A stretch of DNA of 64,000 nucleotides, taken from positions 42,270 through 106,269 of the forward strand of contig CACJPC010000002.1 in assembly GCA_902595195.1 (NCBI GenBank), read 5' to 3'. Source of the DNA: an uncultured Candidatus Actinomarina sp. GTDB lineage: Bacteria; Actinomycetota; Acidimicrobiia; Actinomarinales; Actinomarinaceae. Below are positions 1-11,900 of the stretch, one piece after another. Each line of letters opens with the position of its first letter. The stretch's first letter is position 1. Under the pieces are notes generated by a model that saw nothing but the letters and a program-made list of their open reading frames with translations, made no database searches and was not told the origin of the DNA. The position numbers were made by a program, and so were the translations under genes.

Positions 1-857
1 TTTCCTTCTTCTACAAGTCTTTTGGCTCTTTCAATAGCCAGTCTTGAGACTTGTGTATGTTCATCTGGTGGTCTATCAAATGTAGAATAGACGACTTCTC
101 CATCAACAGATCTTTGCATATCTGTAACCTCTTCGGGTCTTTCATCAACAAGTACTACCATCAAATAAACTTCAGGATTGTTTGAAGTGATAGAGTTAGC
201 AATTTCTTTCAATATTGTTGTTTTACCTGCTTTTGGCGGAGAAACAATTAAACCTCTTTGACCTTTTCCAATCGGTGCAATTAGATCAATTATTCTTGGA
301 AGAATTTTGTCAGGACTTCCATCAATTTCTAGCTTTAATCTCTCATCTGGAAACAATGGAGTCAATTTATTAAAATCTACCCTTCTAGCGAGCAACTCTG
401 GGTCTGCTCCATTAACTGTTTTGGGTTCGATTAGTGCAGGATACTTTTCTTTTTGTCTTGGTGCACGAATTGGACCACTTACAAGATCTCCCTTACGCAT
501 TCTGTATTTCTTAATAACACCGGCTGCAACATATACGTCATCTTCGCTTGGTTTATATCCATTGCATCGTAAAAATCCATATCCCTCTGGTAATGTATCG
601 AGGATACCTTCTCTTATTTCACCCTTCTTTATATCGCTACTTCCAGAACTGACAACTGCAGGAGCATCGTCATCTTTGGATGTACTTATAACTTCAGGCA
701 CTTCTTCATCTATTGAGTCTAAAATTTCATCACTATGTTCAACGAGTAAATCTATTAATTTTGCTTTTTGAAGTCCTTTATGTTCAATACCTAAACTTTC
801 AGCAATAGACCTTAAGTCTGCTACTGGTTTTGATTGTAATTGTGATCTTGCGGACAT
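1..857 (-). CDS. rho: Transcription termination factor Rho (3' end runs off the window; ATG start at 855-857)
   Basis: Minus-strand translation from 857 reads [38 protein letters not shown]...[90 protein letters not shown]. This shows the Rho N-terminal domain, Walker A (PPKAGKT) and the characteristic [11 protein letters not shown] block. The ORF track omits it because there is no stop in the window. Confidence 0.85.
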   Translation of the reverse strand, partial: [285 protein letters not shown]

Positions 858-976
858 TTTTTCTCCTATATATAAATCAAATTTTTAAATAAGATTTGTG
901 AATTGTAGTTGTCTGAAAGACAAGCTTATTATATACACACTTTTTCTAAAGATGTAGTTTTTAATTTTTTTTTAAA

Positions 977-1837
977 CTACTTTATAGGCCTTAACAAGGA
1001 ATATGGAACTACCACAACTAATGTTGTTAAGTAATAAAATACACCAAAGACTGCCATTTGAGGCAAATTGAAAATTATTGAGAAAGTTAATACAATTGGG
1101 AAGTTTTGACACAATGCTTCAATTGATATTGTAACTGCATCTCTCTTTTCAATTTTAAAAAGTTTTGAAGTAAACTCTACAACAACGTACACTACGAAAA
1201 TTGCTACAAGTACTATAAATATCGCTTCAGAAAAATAATCTCTCAAAGCATCTCTTAATTCAAATGGCCCAGTGATTGAGATTATCAAAATATATATCTT
1301 TAAAAATTTGTCTAAGAAGTTTGAAATTTTTTCAATAAAGGCAATATCTTTACTTTTTAACCAATAACCAAAAATAAAAGGTATGAGAATGAGTACTGTT
1401 AATTGAGTAAGTGTTTCTAAAAAGTTGAATGAAAAGTCATCTGCATTAACAGATATAATACTTAACCAAAAAACTGTAGTCAGTGGTGTGATTAATGATG
1501 TTAAAGATGTCAGTGACACTGAAAGAGGTATGTTTCCTTTTTTATAATGAGTTAGAATTCCAGATATAAACCCACCAGGAGCAAGGAGAACCACAGCTAT
1601 CGAAATAGCAAAAATACTAGAATTAAAAACTAGATAAAGTGTGAGTCCAATCAAAGGCAGGACAAACAGCTGAAACAAAATAGCATATGAAAATGTAGAC
1701 TTGTTCTCAAAGGTTTCTTTTAAATCAGTAAATTTTGTTTGTGTTCCAAGAAAATAAAACATTACAGGAATCATAGGGGTTATAGTTTTAAACGTAATTG
1801 AAGAAGCAACTAACTCACTTAACTCTTGAATCCCCAT
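977..1837 (-). CDS. Polytopic membrane transporter of about 8-10 TM helices, BASS/AEC-like secondary carrier
   Basis: 286 aa, highly hydrophobic, with repeated TM segments (AILFQLFVLPLIGLTLYLVF, IAVVLLAPGGFISGIL). Size and topology fit the bile-acid:Na+ symporter / auxin-efflux-carrier fold. Family assignment is by resemblance only. Confidence 0.45.
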   Translation of the reverse strand: MGIQELSELVASSITFKTITPMIPVMFYFLGTQTKFTDLKETFENKSTFSYAILFQLFVLPLIGLTLYLVFNSSIFAISIAVVLLAPGGFISGILTHYKKGNIPLSVSLTSLTSLITPLTTVFWLSIISVNADDFSFNFLETLTQLTVLILIPFIFGYWLKSKDIAFIEKISNFLDKFLKIYILIISITGPFELRDALRDYFSEAIFIVLVAIFVVYVVVEFTSKLFKIEKRDAVTISIEALCQNFPIVLTFSIIFNLPQMAVFGVFYYLTTLVVVVPYSLLRPIK

Positions 1838-1869
1838 ATATGGATTATAAATTAAAAATATTCTTTAAG

Positions 1870-2670
1870 TTAACTTTCGCAACAAAGTGCTATGTAATTT
1901 GCTAAATACTCTCTCTCATCTTCTTGTAGAACATTATTATCTCTGTAATATACATAATCTCCGCCGTAATAAAGAACTAATGCATCTGCAAATAATTCTT
2001 CACTACCAAAAAATTCTCGAGCTTTAGTTCGCTGATTTTCCCCTTCTGGATTAACACAAGTTCTTGTTAAAAATGAGAGAGCGTGTGCGGTTTCATGTAG
2101 TAATGTGTCGTAAGCTTTGTTATTTGCAAAAGCTTTATTAGACACCCATACTGACAATTTCCAGTTTGAATTGGTAGATCCATCTTTGAACGTTCCAGCA
2201 GAATCCCATACTCCAAAAGGACACCTATCCAAGATTGTTGCAGCATAAGAATGGCATCCATTGACAAAAATAACATTATTTTCGACAGATTTTCTCAACT
2301 CTTCTGGAAGAGTGTCTACTAATGCATCTAGATTAAACTGATTCTCACCTTCGAAACCATCAAAGGAAGTGAACTCACCAGTGTAAATTTCTGTATTTTC
2401 CTGACTGTCTGTATTAATAGTTACTGAGTCATCTTTTTCAGAGACTTCAATAGTTGTTGTGGTGGTAGGGATAGTTGTTGTTGTAGTTGAAGAAGTTGTT
2501 GTAGTTGAAGAAGTTGTTGTAGTTGAAGAAGTTGTTGTTGAAGAGTTTTGTGAATTTCCAATAGTAGCTTGAATACTAATTTCAATTGGATTGTTTAATA
2601 CATAAACGTATGAGGCAGTTAAAAAAGCTAGGATAGAAAATACAATAATTGTAGTAGTTTTACCACTCAT
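1870..2670 (-). CDS. TM-anchored secreted HExxH zincin-like metallopeptidase with a Thr/Ser-rich stalk (paralog of 20585..21514)
   Basis: N-terminal signal-anchor (TIIVFSILAFLTASYVYV). A (TTTTSS)n linker is encoded by perfect 18-nt tandem DNA repeats. The C-terminal domain has NGCHSY, LLHETAHALSF (HExxH) and VLYYGGDYVYY motifs shared with the 309-aa paralog. It overlaps the upstream gene by 11 nt. Confidence 0.6.
   Translation of the reverse strand: MSGKTTTIIVFSILAFLTASYVYVLNNPIEISIQATIGNSQNSSTTTSSTTTTSSTTTTSSTTTTTIPTTTTTIEVSEKDDSVTINTDSQENTEIYTGEFTSFDGFEGENQFNLDALVDTLPEELRKSVENNVIFVNGCHSYAATILDRCPFGVWDSAGTFKDGSTNSNWKLSVWVSNKAFANNKAYDTLLHETAHALSFLTRTCVNPEGENQRTKAREFFGSEELFADALVLYYGGDYVYYRDNNVLQEDEREYLANYIALCCES
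2483..2536. repeat. Three perfect 18-nt tandem repeats (gtagttgaagaagttgtt) encoding the (STTTTS)n linker of the 266-aa zincin
   Basis: Direct reading of 2481-2545: ttgtagttgaagaagttgttgtagttgaagaagttgttgtagttgaagaagttgttgttgaagag. Confidence 0.9.
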
Positions 2671-4258
2671 TAATAGATTCGCTTAACTCTTCATCTATCA
2701 TTCCAGAAATATCATCTTCTTTAATTTTTAAACTCTCTTCGTAATCTGCTGGTTTGTTTAACTCTGCATATTTTTTCATAAAATTACCTAACAAAAGAAT
2801 AATTAATATGTAAAAAAGTAGAACAAGCATAAATCTATATGCTAAAGAACCGCTTTGCAGTAGAGTTTGTTGTATTTCATTAAACTCGCTGTCCGGTGGC
2901 AAGACTAGAATTCTGATAAAAAGCCAAATACTTATTAAAAAACTCACAATCGGCATTGCTTGGTTGACACCATCAGAATCTTCAATAGCATCGAACAATT
3001 CATTACCACCCCATGGAACTGCTTTAAAAATTACTCCTTCCAAACACATTAAATATGTAAGTTTGCAAATTGCCATTAACACACCTGATGAGCTAACAGA
3101 TTCAAAAGAAGTTGCATAAAAGAAGAAATATCCCACAATTGAAAGGCTCATCATTGAATAAAATTTAGGAGAAAGATCTGCTTTAGGTCTTTTTGTGACT
3201 ACGTGGATTGCAGCAATGAAACCTAAAATAAAGCCAAAAGGAAGATCTATAACTATGAATAAAACCGTTGAAAGGATAGCAAAAAACATTGCCTGTGGAT
3301 TCCAATCAAGTTTAACGATTTGATCATAAACGTAATACTCTATTAGAGATTCAATTCCCTCATAACAAAATGTGACTACAACCAAGCCAAACAAGACGCC
3401 TAAAAATATTGCTAAATTTTCTTCGCGGACTGAAAATGTAAAACCCTCTTCAACAAAAGCATATAAAAGAGCCGTTACTAATGCTACAAGTGAAATCTCC
3501 ATAAAAGTTTCTAGTTTTGTTTTCTTTTTAAGCTCATTATTTCTTTTTGTCCATCTAACTCGATAATGAGAAATTATTCTGTTAAACCATTCTTGGGCAA
3601 GCAATACCCCATAAAATAGAAATATAATTCCTGAAGTTATCAATAAAGCAAAAGCATTTTTTTCTTGATCAGAAAAATTAATATCGCTAAATAAAGGGAT
3701 TGTTGTTATCAATTCGTTTGTAAAGTTGATATTTGTTGTATTTACTGTAGCTGAAGGTTCAGGTAAAGGTTCGTTCAAATCAACAATAGGATCAGGATCT
3801 TCAGGTTGAGGAACTTCTGGGAGATCTGGAATTGCATTAATCAAAAACTCCTCTGAGGTTATTTCAGTCGTGATGTCTCTATAGCAATAAATAGATTCGC
3901 AGTCAGGACCACTGTATTGAGTGTACTCTGTAGTAACAATTCTTAAAAACAGAGATAAATTAGTAGCACCATCCCAAGAAATAATTTCTGAACCAGTTTC
4001 TGAAAAACTTACTAATTCTAATGGGTCATTAATCAATCCATCAGCAGTAATTTCTCTAACTGAAAGAATAATTTGATCAATGTTTTCAACTCCAGTAATT
4101 TTCCAAGAGATTTGCAAGCTGTCTTGGTCTTTTCTGGCTGATTCAATTTCAATTGTAGCTTCATGATTATCTCTCAAGTTTTTATCTTTATAATCATTCG
4201 AAGCTACACCGTTAAAAAAAGTTAAGAATAATAATGTTGAAATAAAAAATTTTTTCAT
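2660..4258 (-). CDS. Integral membrane protein of unknown function: signal peptide, ~190-aa extracytoplasmic Pro/Asp/Glu-rich domain, ~8 TM helices, acidic C-terminal tail
   Basis: MKKFFISTLLFLTFFNGVAS signal peptide. Extracytoplasmic region PDLPEVPQPEDPDPIVDLNEPLPEPS. Then multiple hydrophobic helices. The start shares a nucleotide with the sortase stop (4258). Confidence 0.65.
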   Translation of the reverse strand: MKKFFISTLLFLTFFNGVASNDYKDKNLRDNHEATIEIESARKDQDSLQISWKITGVENIDQIILSVREITADGLINDPLELVSFSETGSEIISWDGATNLSLFLRIVTTEYTQYSGPDCESIYCYRDITTEITSEEFLINAIPDLPEVPQPEDPDPIVDLNEPLPEPSATVNTTNINFTNELITTIPLFSDINFSDQEKNAFALLITSGIIFLFYGVLLAQEWFNRIISHYRVRWTKRNNELKKKTKLETFMEISLVALVTALLYAFVEEGFTFSVREENLAIFLGVLFGLVVVTFCYEGIESLIEYYVYDQIVKLDWNPQAMFFAILSTVLFIVIDLPFGFILGFIAAIHVVTKRPKADLSPKFYSMMSLSIVGYFFFYATSFESVSSSGVLMAICKLTYLMCLEGVIFKAVPWGGNELFDAIEDSDGVNQAMPIVSFLISIWLFIRILVLPPDSEFNEIQQTLLQSGSLAYRFMLVLLFYILIILLLGNFMKKYAELNKPADYEESLKIKEDDISGMIDEELSESINEW

Positions 4259-5925
4259 TATCCAAAAACCTCAACTCTTTTTAGTTCACCAATAACAACA
4301 AGCCTTTGTCTAGCTGAAAATTTAGGATGACAAGTAGATAAAGTTATTCTGTCGTCACCAAAGTTTCCTAACACATAGGTATCTTCAGGCGAGACAATTT
4401 TTACTTCAGTTATTACATACTCATATTGATTGGTGTTAGTTTGAAATAATATAGAGTCACCAACCTCTGTTTTATCAAGATTTCCAAATGGCGCACCATA
4501 AGTAGTTCTATGGCCAGCAATAGCAAAATTACCTCCTGTACCAGGAAGTGATGTTCCCAAAATATATCCAGGTCCGTACTCTAATTTATTTAAAGTAGCT
4601 CCAAAAACCACATAATGGTTTATGTTTGCTGATAAAATTGTCAACCTACCAACAACATCAGGAAGAAATTCTGCCTTAGCTGCTTGATTGGTGAGTGTTT
4701 TACTAGCTATAGAAATAAAAGATTCTTGAAATTCATCTGTCTGTTGCAGATTACTTAGTGATACATCTGCACTTAAATTCTTACTCCTAAGTTCTGCAAG
4801 ATTCTCACTATTTACAGTAAATTTATTTTCGAGTAGTTCCTGTTCGTCATTAATAACGGATGTTGAAAACAAAGTTTGATTGATTGTGTAGGCAACAATA
4901 AAAAAACCAACCAACAAAAGACCTACAGCTAACGGAACAAGCGACCTTCTTGAAGGATTATTATTACTTACTTGTTTATAGGACCCTGCTCTTGCCTTAT
5001 TTCCATTTTTTTTTACTGATTGATCGAACTTCAACTTAGGAATATTTTTATGTTTTTCCACTGGTTTTTTTGTAAAAACTATTGAGAAACGATTTGATGT
5101 CATTAAATTGAGCTTTTCTCTTAGCATTTGTTCTGTAACTTCAATTCCAAGGTAATTTGCATTTTTAGATATGTTGCTTACAGCAGATGTCAAGTAGTCA
5201 ACTTCTTTTAACATTGAAACAATGTCTGTTATATAATTTTCAGGATCGGCGATTAGTGGATTAAACCTTTCGCTTACATCAATACTTATCATCACTTCTG
5301 TACCAAGAGCATTCTCAAGAATTTTTTTAAGCGTGTTTGATTTAACATATATTTCAGACAACTCAACCTCTAATCTTTGGTTCATAAAACCTAGTGAGCG
5401 CTGATTTTGAATTGTATCAGGAGAGACATAAAGCTGTGTGCCAGAATTTACTGAATCGCTAATATTTAGATTTTGTATTTCTTTCTGTTCATTTCCAACA
5501 TTTACATTCATAACATTATTAACTTGACTGCTAATTTCATTTGCAACATTAGGATTTTCTAATAGGAAAAATTTAGCTTTTTCTTTCCCATATCCAAGTT
5601 TTTCATCGCCATATAAATACCAATTTCCTTTTTTCTTGATTATTTTTTTCTTTACAGCAATATCTAAGAGTTGACCATCATAAAAAACTTCTGATTTATC
5701 TACTTCTATATCCTCGTACTCAACAACTATGTTGTTGTTTTGCTGTCGGTTGAAAAAAGAGAACTGTTTTTTAGGTTTTTTTTGATTTACATTGTCTTCA
5801 TCAACAATTGTTGCATCTGAAATTACATCAGCATCATTTACTTTTTTTCTTCTCCATTTCAAAACAGTTAATACTGCAAAAATATTGAGCATGATTATAA
5901 ACAAATATGCAAAGAAATATGACAT
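4258..5925 (-). CDS. Sortase (transpeptidase, TLxTC catalytic motif) fused to a ~300-aa N-terminal domain flanked by two TM helices
   Basis: C-terminal 200 aa: NFAIAGHRTTYGAPFGNLDKTEVGDSILFQT...YEYVITEVKIVSPEDTYVL...RITLSTCHPKFSARQRLVV, with the catalytic His, Cys (TLSTC) and Arg of sortases. TM1 (FAYLFIIMLNIFAVLTVL) is followed by KWRRKK. A second TM (LVPLAVGLLLVGFFIVAYTI) precedes the sortase domain. It lies immediately downstream of, and is coupled to, the LPVTG giant gene. Confidence 0.75.
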   Translation of the reverse strand: MSYFFAYLFIIMLNIFAVLTVLKWRRKKVNDADVISDATIVDEDNVNQKKPKKQFSFFNRQQNNNIVVEYEDIEVDKSEVFYDGQLLDIAVKKKIIKKKGNWYLYGDEKLGYGKEKAKFFLLENPNVANEISSQVNNVMNVNVGNEQKEIQNLNISDSVNSGTQLYVSPDTIQNQRSLGFMNQRLEVELSEIYVKSNTLKKILENALGTEVMISIDVSERFNPLIADPENYITDIVSMLKEVDYLTSAVSNISKNANYLGIEVTEQMLREKLNLMTSNRFSIVFTKKPVEKHKNIPKLKFDQSVKKNGNKARAGSYKQVSNNNPSRRSLVPLAVGLLLVGFFIVAYTINQTLFSTSVINDEQELLENKFTVNSENLAELRSKNLSADVSLSNLQQTDEFQESFISIASKTLTNQAAKAEFLPDVVGRLTILSANINHYVVFGATLNKLEYGPGYILGTSLPGTGGNFAIAGHRTTYGAPFGNLDKTEVGDSILFQTNTNQYEYVITEVKIVSPEDTYVLGNFGDDRITLSTCHPKFSARQRLVVIGELKRVEVFG

Positions 5926-8900
5926 TAATACCTATATTCTCTTCTAAGTATGAATGCTCCACAGGCAAAAAGCAATAACCCTACAGAGATTAATAGACCC
6001 CCAACATTCCTACCTGTCACTGGTAATGTGGTCCCTACAGAAGGTGGTGGTGTAGGATCTATAGGATCAGTGGGGAAGATCCCCTCTGCATCCTCATTGT
6101 AAACAAACTCAACATAATCATCACCTGGAAGGAACTGTAGTGACTCTCCATTGTCTAATACTTCTTCATTGTCATCTCCCTCAATTCTCATGACATTATC
6201 GATATTTTCATCTTCTTCAACATCAGGTAATGGGTTTTGATCTTCAGATAATGGAGTGTTATCTTGAATACAATCCGCATCTTTATTCTTAATCATCTTT
6301 TGAACTTTTTCATTTTGAGTATTTGTTACCTCTAGTGCAACTGTAAAGAATTTGTTTTCTCCAACTTCAATTGAGGAGAAGTCAATCATCTGACCAGCCG
6401 GTACTAGAACTGTCTGTTCTGCAATTAGGGTTGTATTAATCCAAATCTTCTTTAGAACTTCTGCATCTACATTAGATCTTGAGTTGTCTACTGTAATACC
6501 GAACTCTGCACCACCGTCTTCAAAATCACAAACCCTATTAGTTGAAATAAGTGGTTCAAAAATGTATGTATCTTGTGGAATTGTAGTTGGAGGAGTTGTT
6601 TCACAAATTGCTGTTTCTGCGTTTGAAATCTGATACGGAGCTGTTGGATCAAACTGTGTGTAGCTACTATCTAACGCTCTCCACTGAATTTCTTGGTTTT
6701 GATTTATTCTTAACAACCTGGTTGTAGAACTAGTTGGGTTAATTGTTATAGTTTCATAAGGTACCCAAGATCCATTATTAGATCCATCATTGATTCTGTA
6801 TTCAAGATAGAAAGTTTTTACTTCATTACTTAAATTTCTTATTTCAATAGTTGAATCTGCAACATTCGCAGAACATTCACCTATGGTTAAAATCAGTTCA
6901 GGATTATTAAGTGTACTGCCACACTCTATACCAGTTCTTGCATCAGTAAATTTATATTCGTTGTCACTTGTGCTCTTATATCTAAATACAATTGACTGTG
7001 ATTCTCCAATAGAAATTTTTGGAATCCTTAGTGTGGTATTTGGATTTACAGAGAGAACTGACCCTGATTGATACTGTCCATTATCTATCTTGTAATCGTA
7101 CATAACAGAAACGGCCTGTGAACCAAAGTTTGAAATTACAAGCTCTGCTTGTGGGCCTGTTGTAACCCCACCATTTTGTTGAGAACAAGTTATTTCTGTG
7201 AAGCCGCTCAAAGAACTAGCTTGGGAACAGTTTTCTGCTGTTCCAGAAGCAAATTTATACTCTGTCTCTGTAGAAGTTTTGTATCTCCATTGGAATGTAC
7301 TATTTGCTGGAACAGGATAAGGGTTGGTAGTAAAGTTCCCCATGACTGAAGTGTTTCCGACAGACTGCCAACCACCACCATTGATACTAATATCATAACT
7401 TACAACTACTGCAGTTGAGTTAGGGTTGATAATTGTCAATTTTGCTTGAGGGCTATTATTTATACACTCATTAGTAGTGTACGCACTTACAGAAGATGTT
7501 GTAGGTGAACAATCAGCGGGCGCCATAATATTTTCATACTGCCAATTATTTGGATTCGTTGCATTGTATATCCTATATCTGTAGATTATGAAATTTGTTG
7601 TCATTGTTTGATTAATGCTATAAGGCTGAGAACTTGTAATTGTCTGAATACCTTGTGAAGTCCAAGAAATGTTATTTGTACTATATCCAATTTCTACTTG
7701 AGCAGTATTTGATGAGGTATTAGAAATTGTAAATGTAGATTTCTTTACAGCAGCACTTCCGCTGACATCACAGGAAGTGTCTTGAGTTGCTGTCAAGTTT
7801 GCAGAAGTACAATCAACTGTTTGAGTTCTTGTTAAATATCGGTATGAAGCGTTTGAAAAGTCATTTTGTGTAGTTGTTGCAGCATATCTCCAAGTAATAT
7901 ATTGCCCAGAAGTTAGGTTTTTATAAATAGAGTTATCAACTTGACCAGCAGCAACACTTACAGTCGTCATATACTCATAACCACCATTGTTGACTGCGTA
8001 CTCAACTTTGTAGTACTGAGTAATAGTTCCTGTGTTGTTAATGGAGAGCTTAGAATCTCTACTCTGATTGGAACATGCCTCAAGTGTTTGTGTCACAGTT
8101 GAGGTTTGTGGACAATCAACTGTAAGAGCAGTAAGAGTTGTGTAATCATTAGACATAGAGCTTGAAAGGCCTAAACGGTACCTCCATTTAACAGTTGACC
8201 CATGAGGAGCTCCAGGAGCTTCTAAGACTTTCGGAGTTCCATTAGTAACTGCAGATGTTCCTTTAGATATCCAGCCATTGCCAATGTCGTACCATGCTTC
8301 AACATAAACTGTATCAGAAGAATTATTTGTGACCGTTAGCTCAGAAACTCTATTTCCTGCAACACAAGCTTTTAGAACATTGTTAATGGAGACTTGATTC
8401 AATACTTCAGTTTCACAATCAAGCGCTGGTATTGAACCAAACGTTGTTTCTGAAGCGGAAGCAAGCTTTGTAACTGTACCAGCATATTTATACTTCCAAC
8501 TAATAGTTTGTCCATTTATAACCGATTTAGTTAGTGTTAACTGGTTACCTGCTGTTATCTCCACTGTTGAAACCTCTGTAGACCATTCACCTGAATTCAT
8601 TGCTGAATGTACTGTTACAAGTAGTGGTGTAGATCCTGTGTTATTTAAAGTTAATGTAGATGTTGCAGTCTGATTAGAACATGTTCCCATTTGATGAACA
8701 ACTGAGATAAAAGTACCACAATCAACCTCAATTGCGCCACCAGCTAAAGTAGTAAAACTAATATTTGATAACGCTGCTGTACTGTAAGCGGCTTTATATC
8801 TCCACTCAATTGTTGAACCAGAAGTTACCGATTGAGAGGTACTTGTATTCACTCCTCCAACAACTACGCCATTTGAGGAAGTAACTTTATCTGTCCATGT

Positions 8901-11900
8901 TCCTCCATCAATTCTGTATTGAATGTGATAGTACGCAGGAGCAGGGCTAGAAGATAGCGTTCCGTAGTGGAATCTTGAAGATTTCGATCCACTCACACAT
9001 TGTCCAATTGAGGTATATGGAGTAGCAATATTTACACCAGTACAGTTCACAATTTCAGATGTGTCAGTTGTAGTCCAATTTAGTGTAGAGAAATCACTTC
9101 CAGTTTCTGAAATCTTATATCTCCATGTAATTGTCTCACCTTCAGATACAGACTCTGGTAAGAATGTTGACCCACCAGGATTTACTTGAACTTGATTTGC
9201 AGAAAGGGTCCAGTTTGAGCCACCATCTGTTGAGTACTCAGCTTTGTAATATAAAATTCCAGAACTTGAGTTGTTAATGTTGAGTTTTGAAGTCTTATAA
9301 CCGTTAGCATCACATGTTGTATCAAAAGTCACTGTAATATCTTCACCAGAAGAACAGGTGATTGTTCGTAAATCATCATTTGTCCAGTCAGTTGGAAGAT
9401 CTGCTACAGTTTTTGCTACTTTGTATCTCCATTGAACTGTCTGTCCTGTAGGAACAATCTGAGTGTGTGGATATTGTCCATCAACACCTAAGGTGATATC
9501 TGGTTTATCTACCCATCCAGCTCCGTTGACATTTACTTGTACTTTGAAGAGAGCAGAGGTTGTCGCATCTGCACTATTTTTAATAACGAATTTAACTTCT
9601 TTAGTGTTGTTATAACAAATACCAAAAGATGTTGTCACGCTAGGATCTATAGTCTCACAGTTGACAGTTGCAGACTGAATATAATCCACATATGATGCAG
9701 AAACTAGTCCACTTAAAGAAGTTGCAGCTTTATATCTCCATCTGATATATTTTCCAGAATCTACATTTTGGGTAAATTCGGCTGACTGCGTATTAGATCC
9801 AGCAGCTCCTAACGTCAGGTCAGTATCTGCTACGACATATCCAGTACTTCCTTGAATAAAATACTCAACTTGATAATAGACAGTTGTGTTTGTGTTATTC
9901 GTTAAAACATATCTTGAAACTGCAGAGTTGTCTATGCACTCATCAAGAGTTTGAGAAATAACTGTGTCTAATGAACAGTTCACTTCCTCGCTTGTTGCCT
10001 CAGTTATCCACGAATTAGGAGTTGTTGCGGAAGACATTGGGTAATATCTCCAAGTAATTGTTTGACCATCTGGAACCATAACAAAGGTAGTAGAGGATGT
10101 ACCTGGAATGACAGCAGAACCGGAGACTTTAGTAATCCAGTCAGATGAATCACCACTCAAGTCATACTGGATATAAAAATATGCTGGTGCGTTTGCAGAG
10201 GATGAGTTAGAAAAGGTAAATGTAGACTTTCTTTCTCCAGCTGTACATGCACCAAAGGAAGATGATCCTGTTCCCTCAAGTACTGGACAGTCAACAGTCG
10301 CTGATGCACTTAAGACAGTGTCTGTGATTCCTGTGTAGTCATTATTAGTATTGGTAACTTTATAACGCCAGATAATATTTTTTGTATGTGGTACCGCATG
10401 ATTGAGAGTTGTATCAGTCTCGCCTGGTGCAACCGCAAGGTTCGGACTCTTTAAAATCCATGAAGCTCCATTATCTAACGTATATTGGACTTGGAAGTAG
10501 ATAGTGTTTAAACTCTCATTGTTTTGTAAGCTAAGTGTAGAGAGCTGAGATCCAGAGTCACAAGAACCCATGATATTCGTTACAGTTACATCAATAACAC
10601 AGTTCACATAAGCACTTGTTGTATCCTCAGTCCAGACACCGGTAAAGGCCTCCGTTGTTTTTACAGATTCATATCTCCACTCAATCTTCTGTCCCTCTAA
10701 AATTTGTAAGTTATTAGTTGTCACAAGAGAGACACCTGGAGCGATTACAGAATTTACAATAGATGAGTTTGTCCAGTCAGTAACTGTGCCTGATGCATTA
10801 ACAATTTTATACTGTACATTAAACTTAGCTGCGGCTGTAGAAGAGCTTGTGTTAGTTACCTTAAAGGATGCCGCTCTGTAATTTTCAGCACAGGCAGTAT
10901 AAATTGCCTCTCCTGTGACAGCAGTAAATGGACAGTTGATAGTTTTTGTATCGGTGTAGTTCCACTCCTCTAAATTAAGATTATTCAAAACTTTATTTAC
11001 TTTATATCGAACCTGTACTGTTCCACCATGTGGAACAGTTACTTCAAGTGGATGATTTTCTGTTAGGCCGTTGCTTACAATTTCTGCAGTCTTAAATGCC
11101 TGCCACTCTGTATCAGAGTTTCTCTTATATTCAATAGTGAAGTATGCGGTATCAGTACTTGATGGCACTAATTGAATGACTGGAGTTGAGCTTCCGTTTC
11201 CACATGTTCCAACTGCTACATCTACTTCTACAGAACCACCATCACAACCACAATCTACAGTTGCACTTGCTGTTACTTCTTCCCACTCTTGTCCTTCGAA
11301 GTCACCACCATTAGTCGTATCTTTGACTCTCCATGTAATCGTTTGTCCATCAGGAACAAATTTAGATAGATCTGTATTGGTCGATCCAGCAGAGACCGAG
11401 ATATCGAACGCCGATTCTAAGGAGTCTGTGGCAGATTGCCAAGTAATACCTCCATCCAATGAATACTGCACCTTATAGTAAGAGGTGTAGTTGTCGTTAT
11501 TTGTTATTGATAATGTTGATGTTGCACCTAAATCATCGCACTCACAGGTTGTTAGTGTTTGTGAGTAGTCAGAGTCTGGGTCACAATCAACTTGAACATC
11601 TGTAGTGTTCACCATTACATGGTTCATAAAGTTTGTATTGAAGTCTCCAGTTATTGAACCACTAATGTTAGTGCCCTCATCATAACGTGTGAAAAATAGA
11701 CCTGTACTTGTTAATCCTCTTATGAATGCATACTCTGTTGGAGGTTCATCATAGCTATAGTATGTACTTCCACGATCATATATCTGATATGAACCATTGG
11801 TAGTATAGTAATCGTGATATCGAACATAACCCCACTTTATGGAAACAGTTTGGCCATTTGTTACCTGTACTGAAGGTAGGTTAAACGTTGTCGAGTTAGT

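Noticed and set aside
307-771. 154-aa plus-strand ORF in the ORF track
   Set aside because: It lies entirely antisense to the Rho coding sequence. Rho is clearly recognisable on the minus strand, and the ORF itself has low-complexity Ser/Leu-rich composition. It is a shadow ORF.
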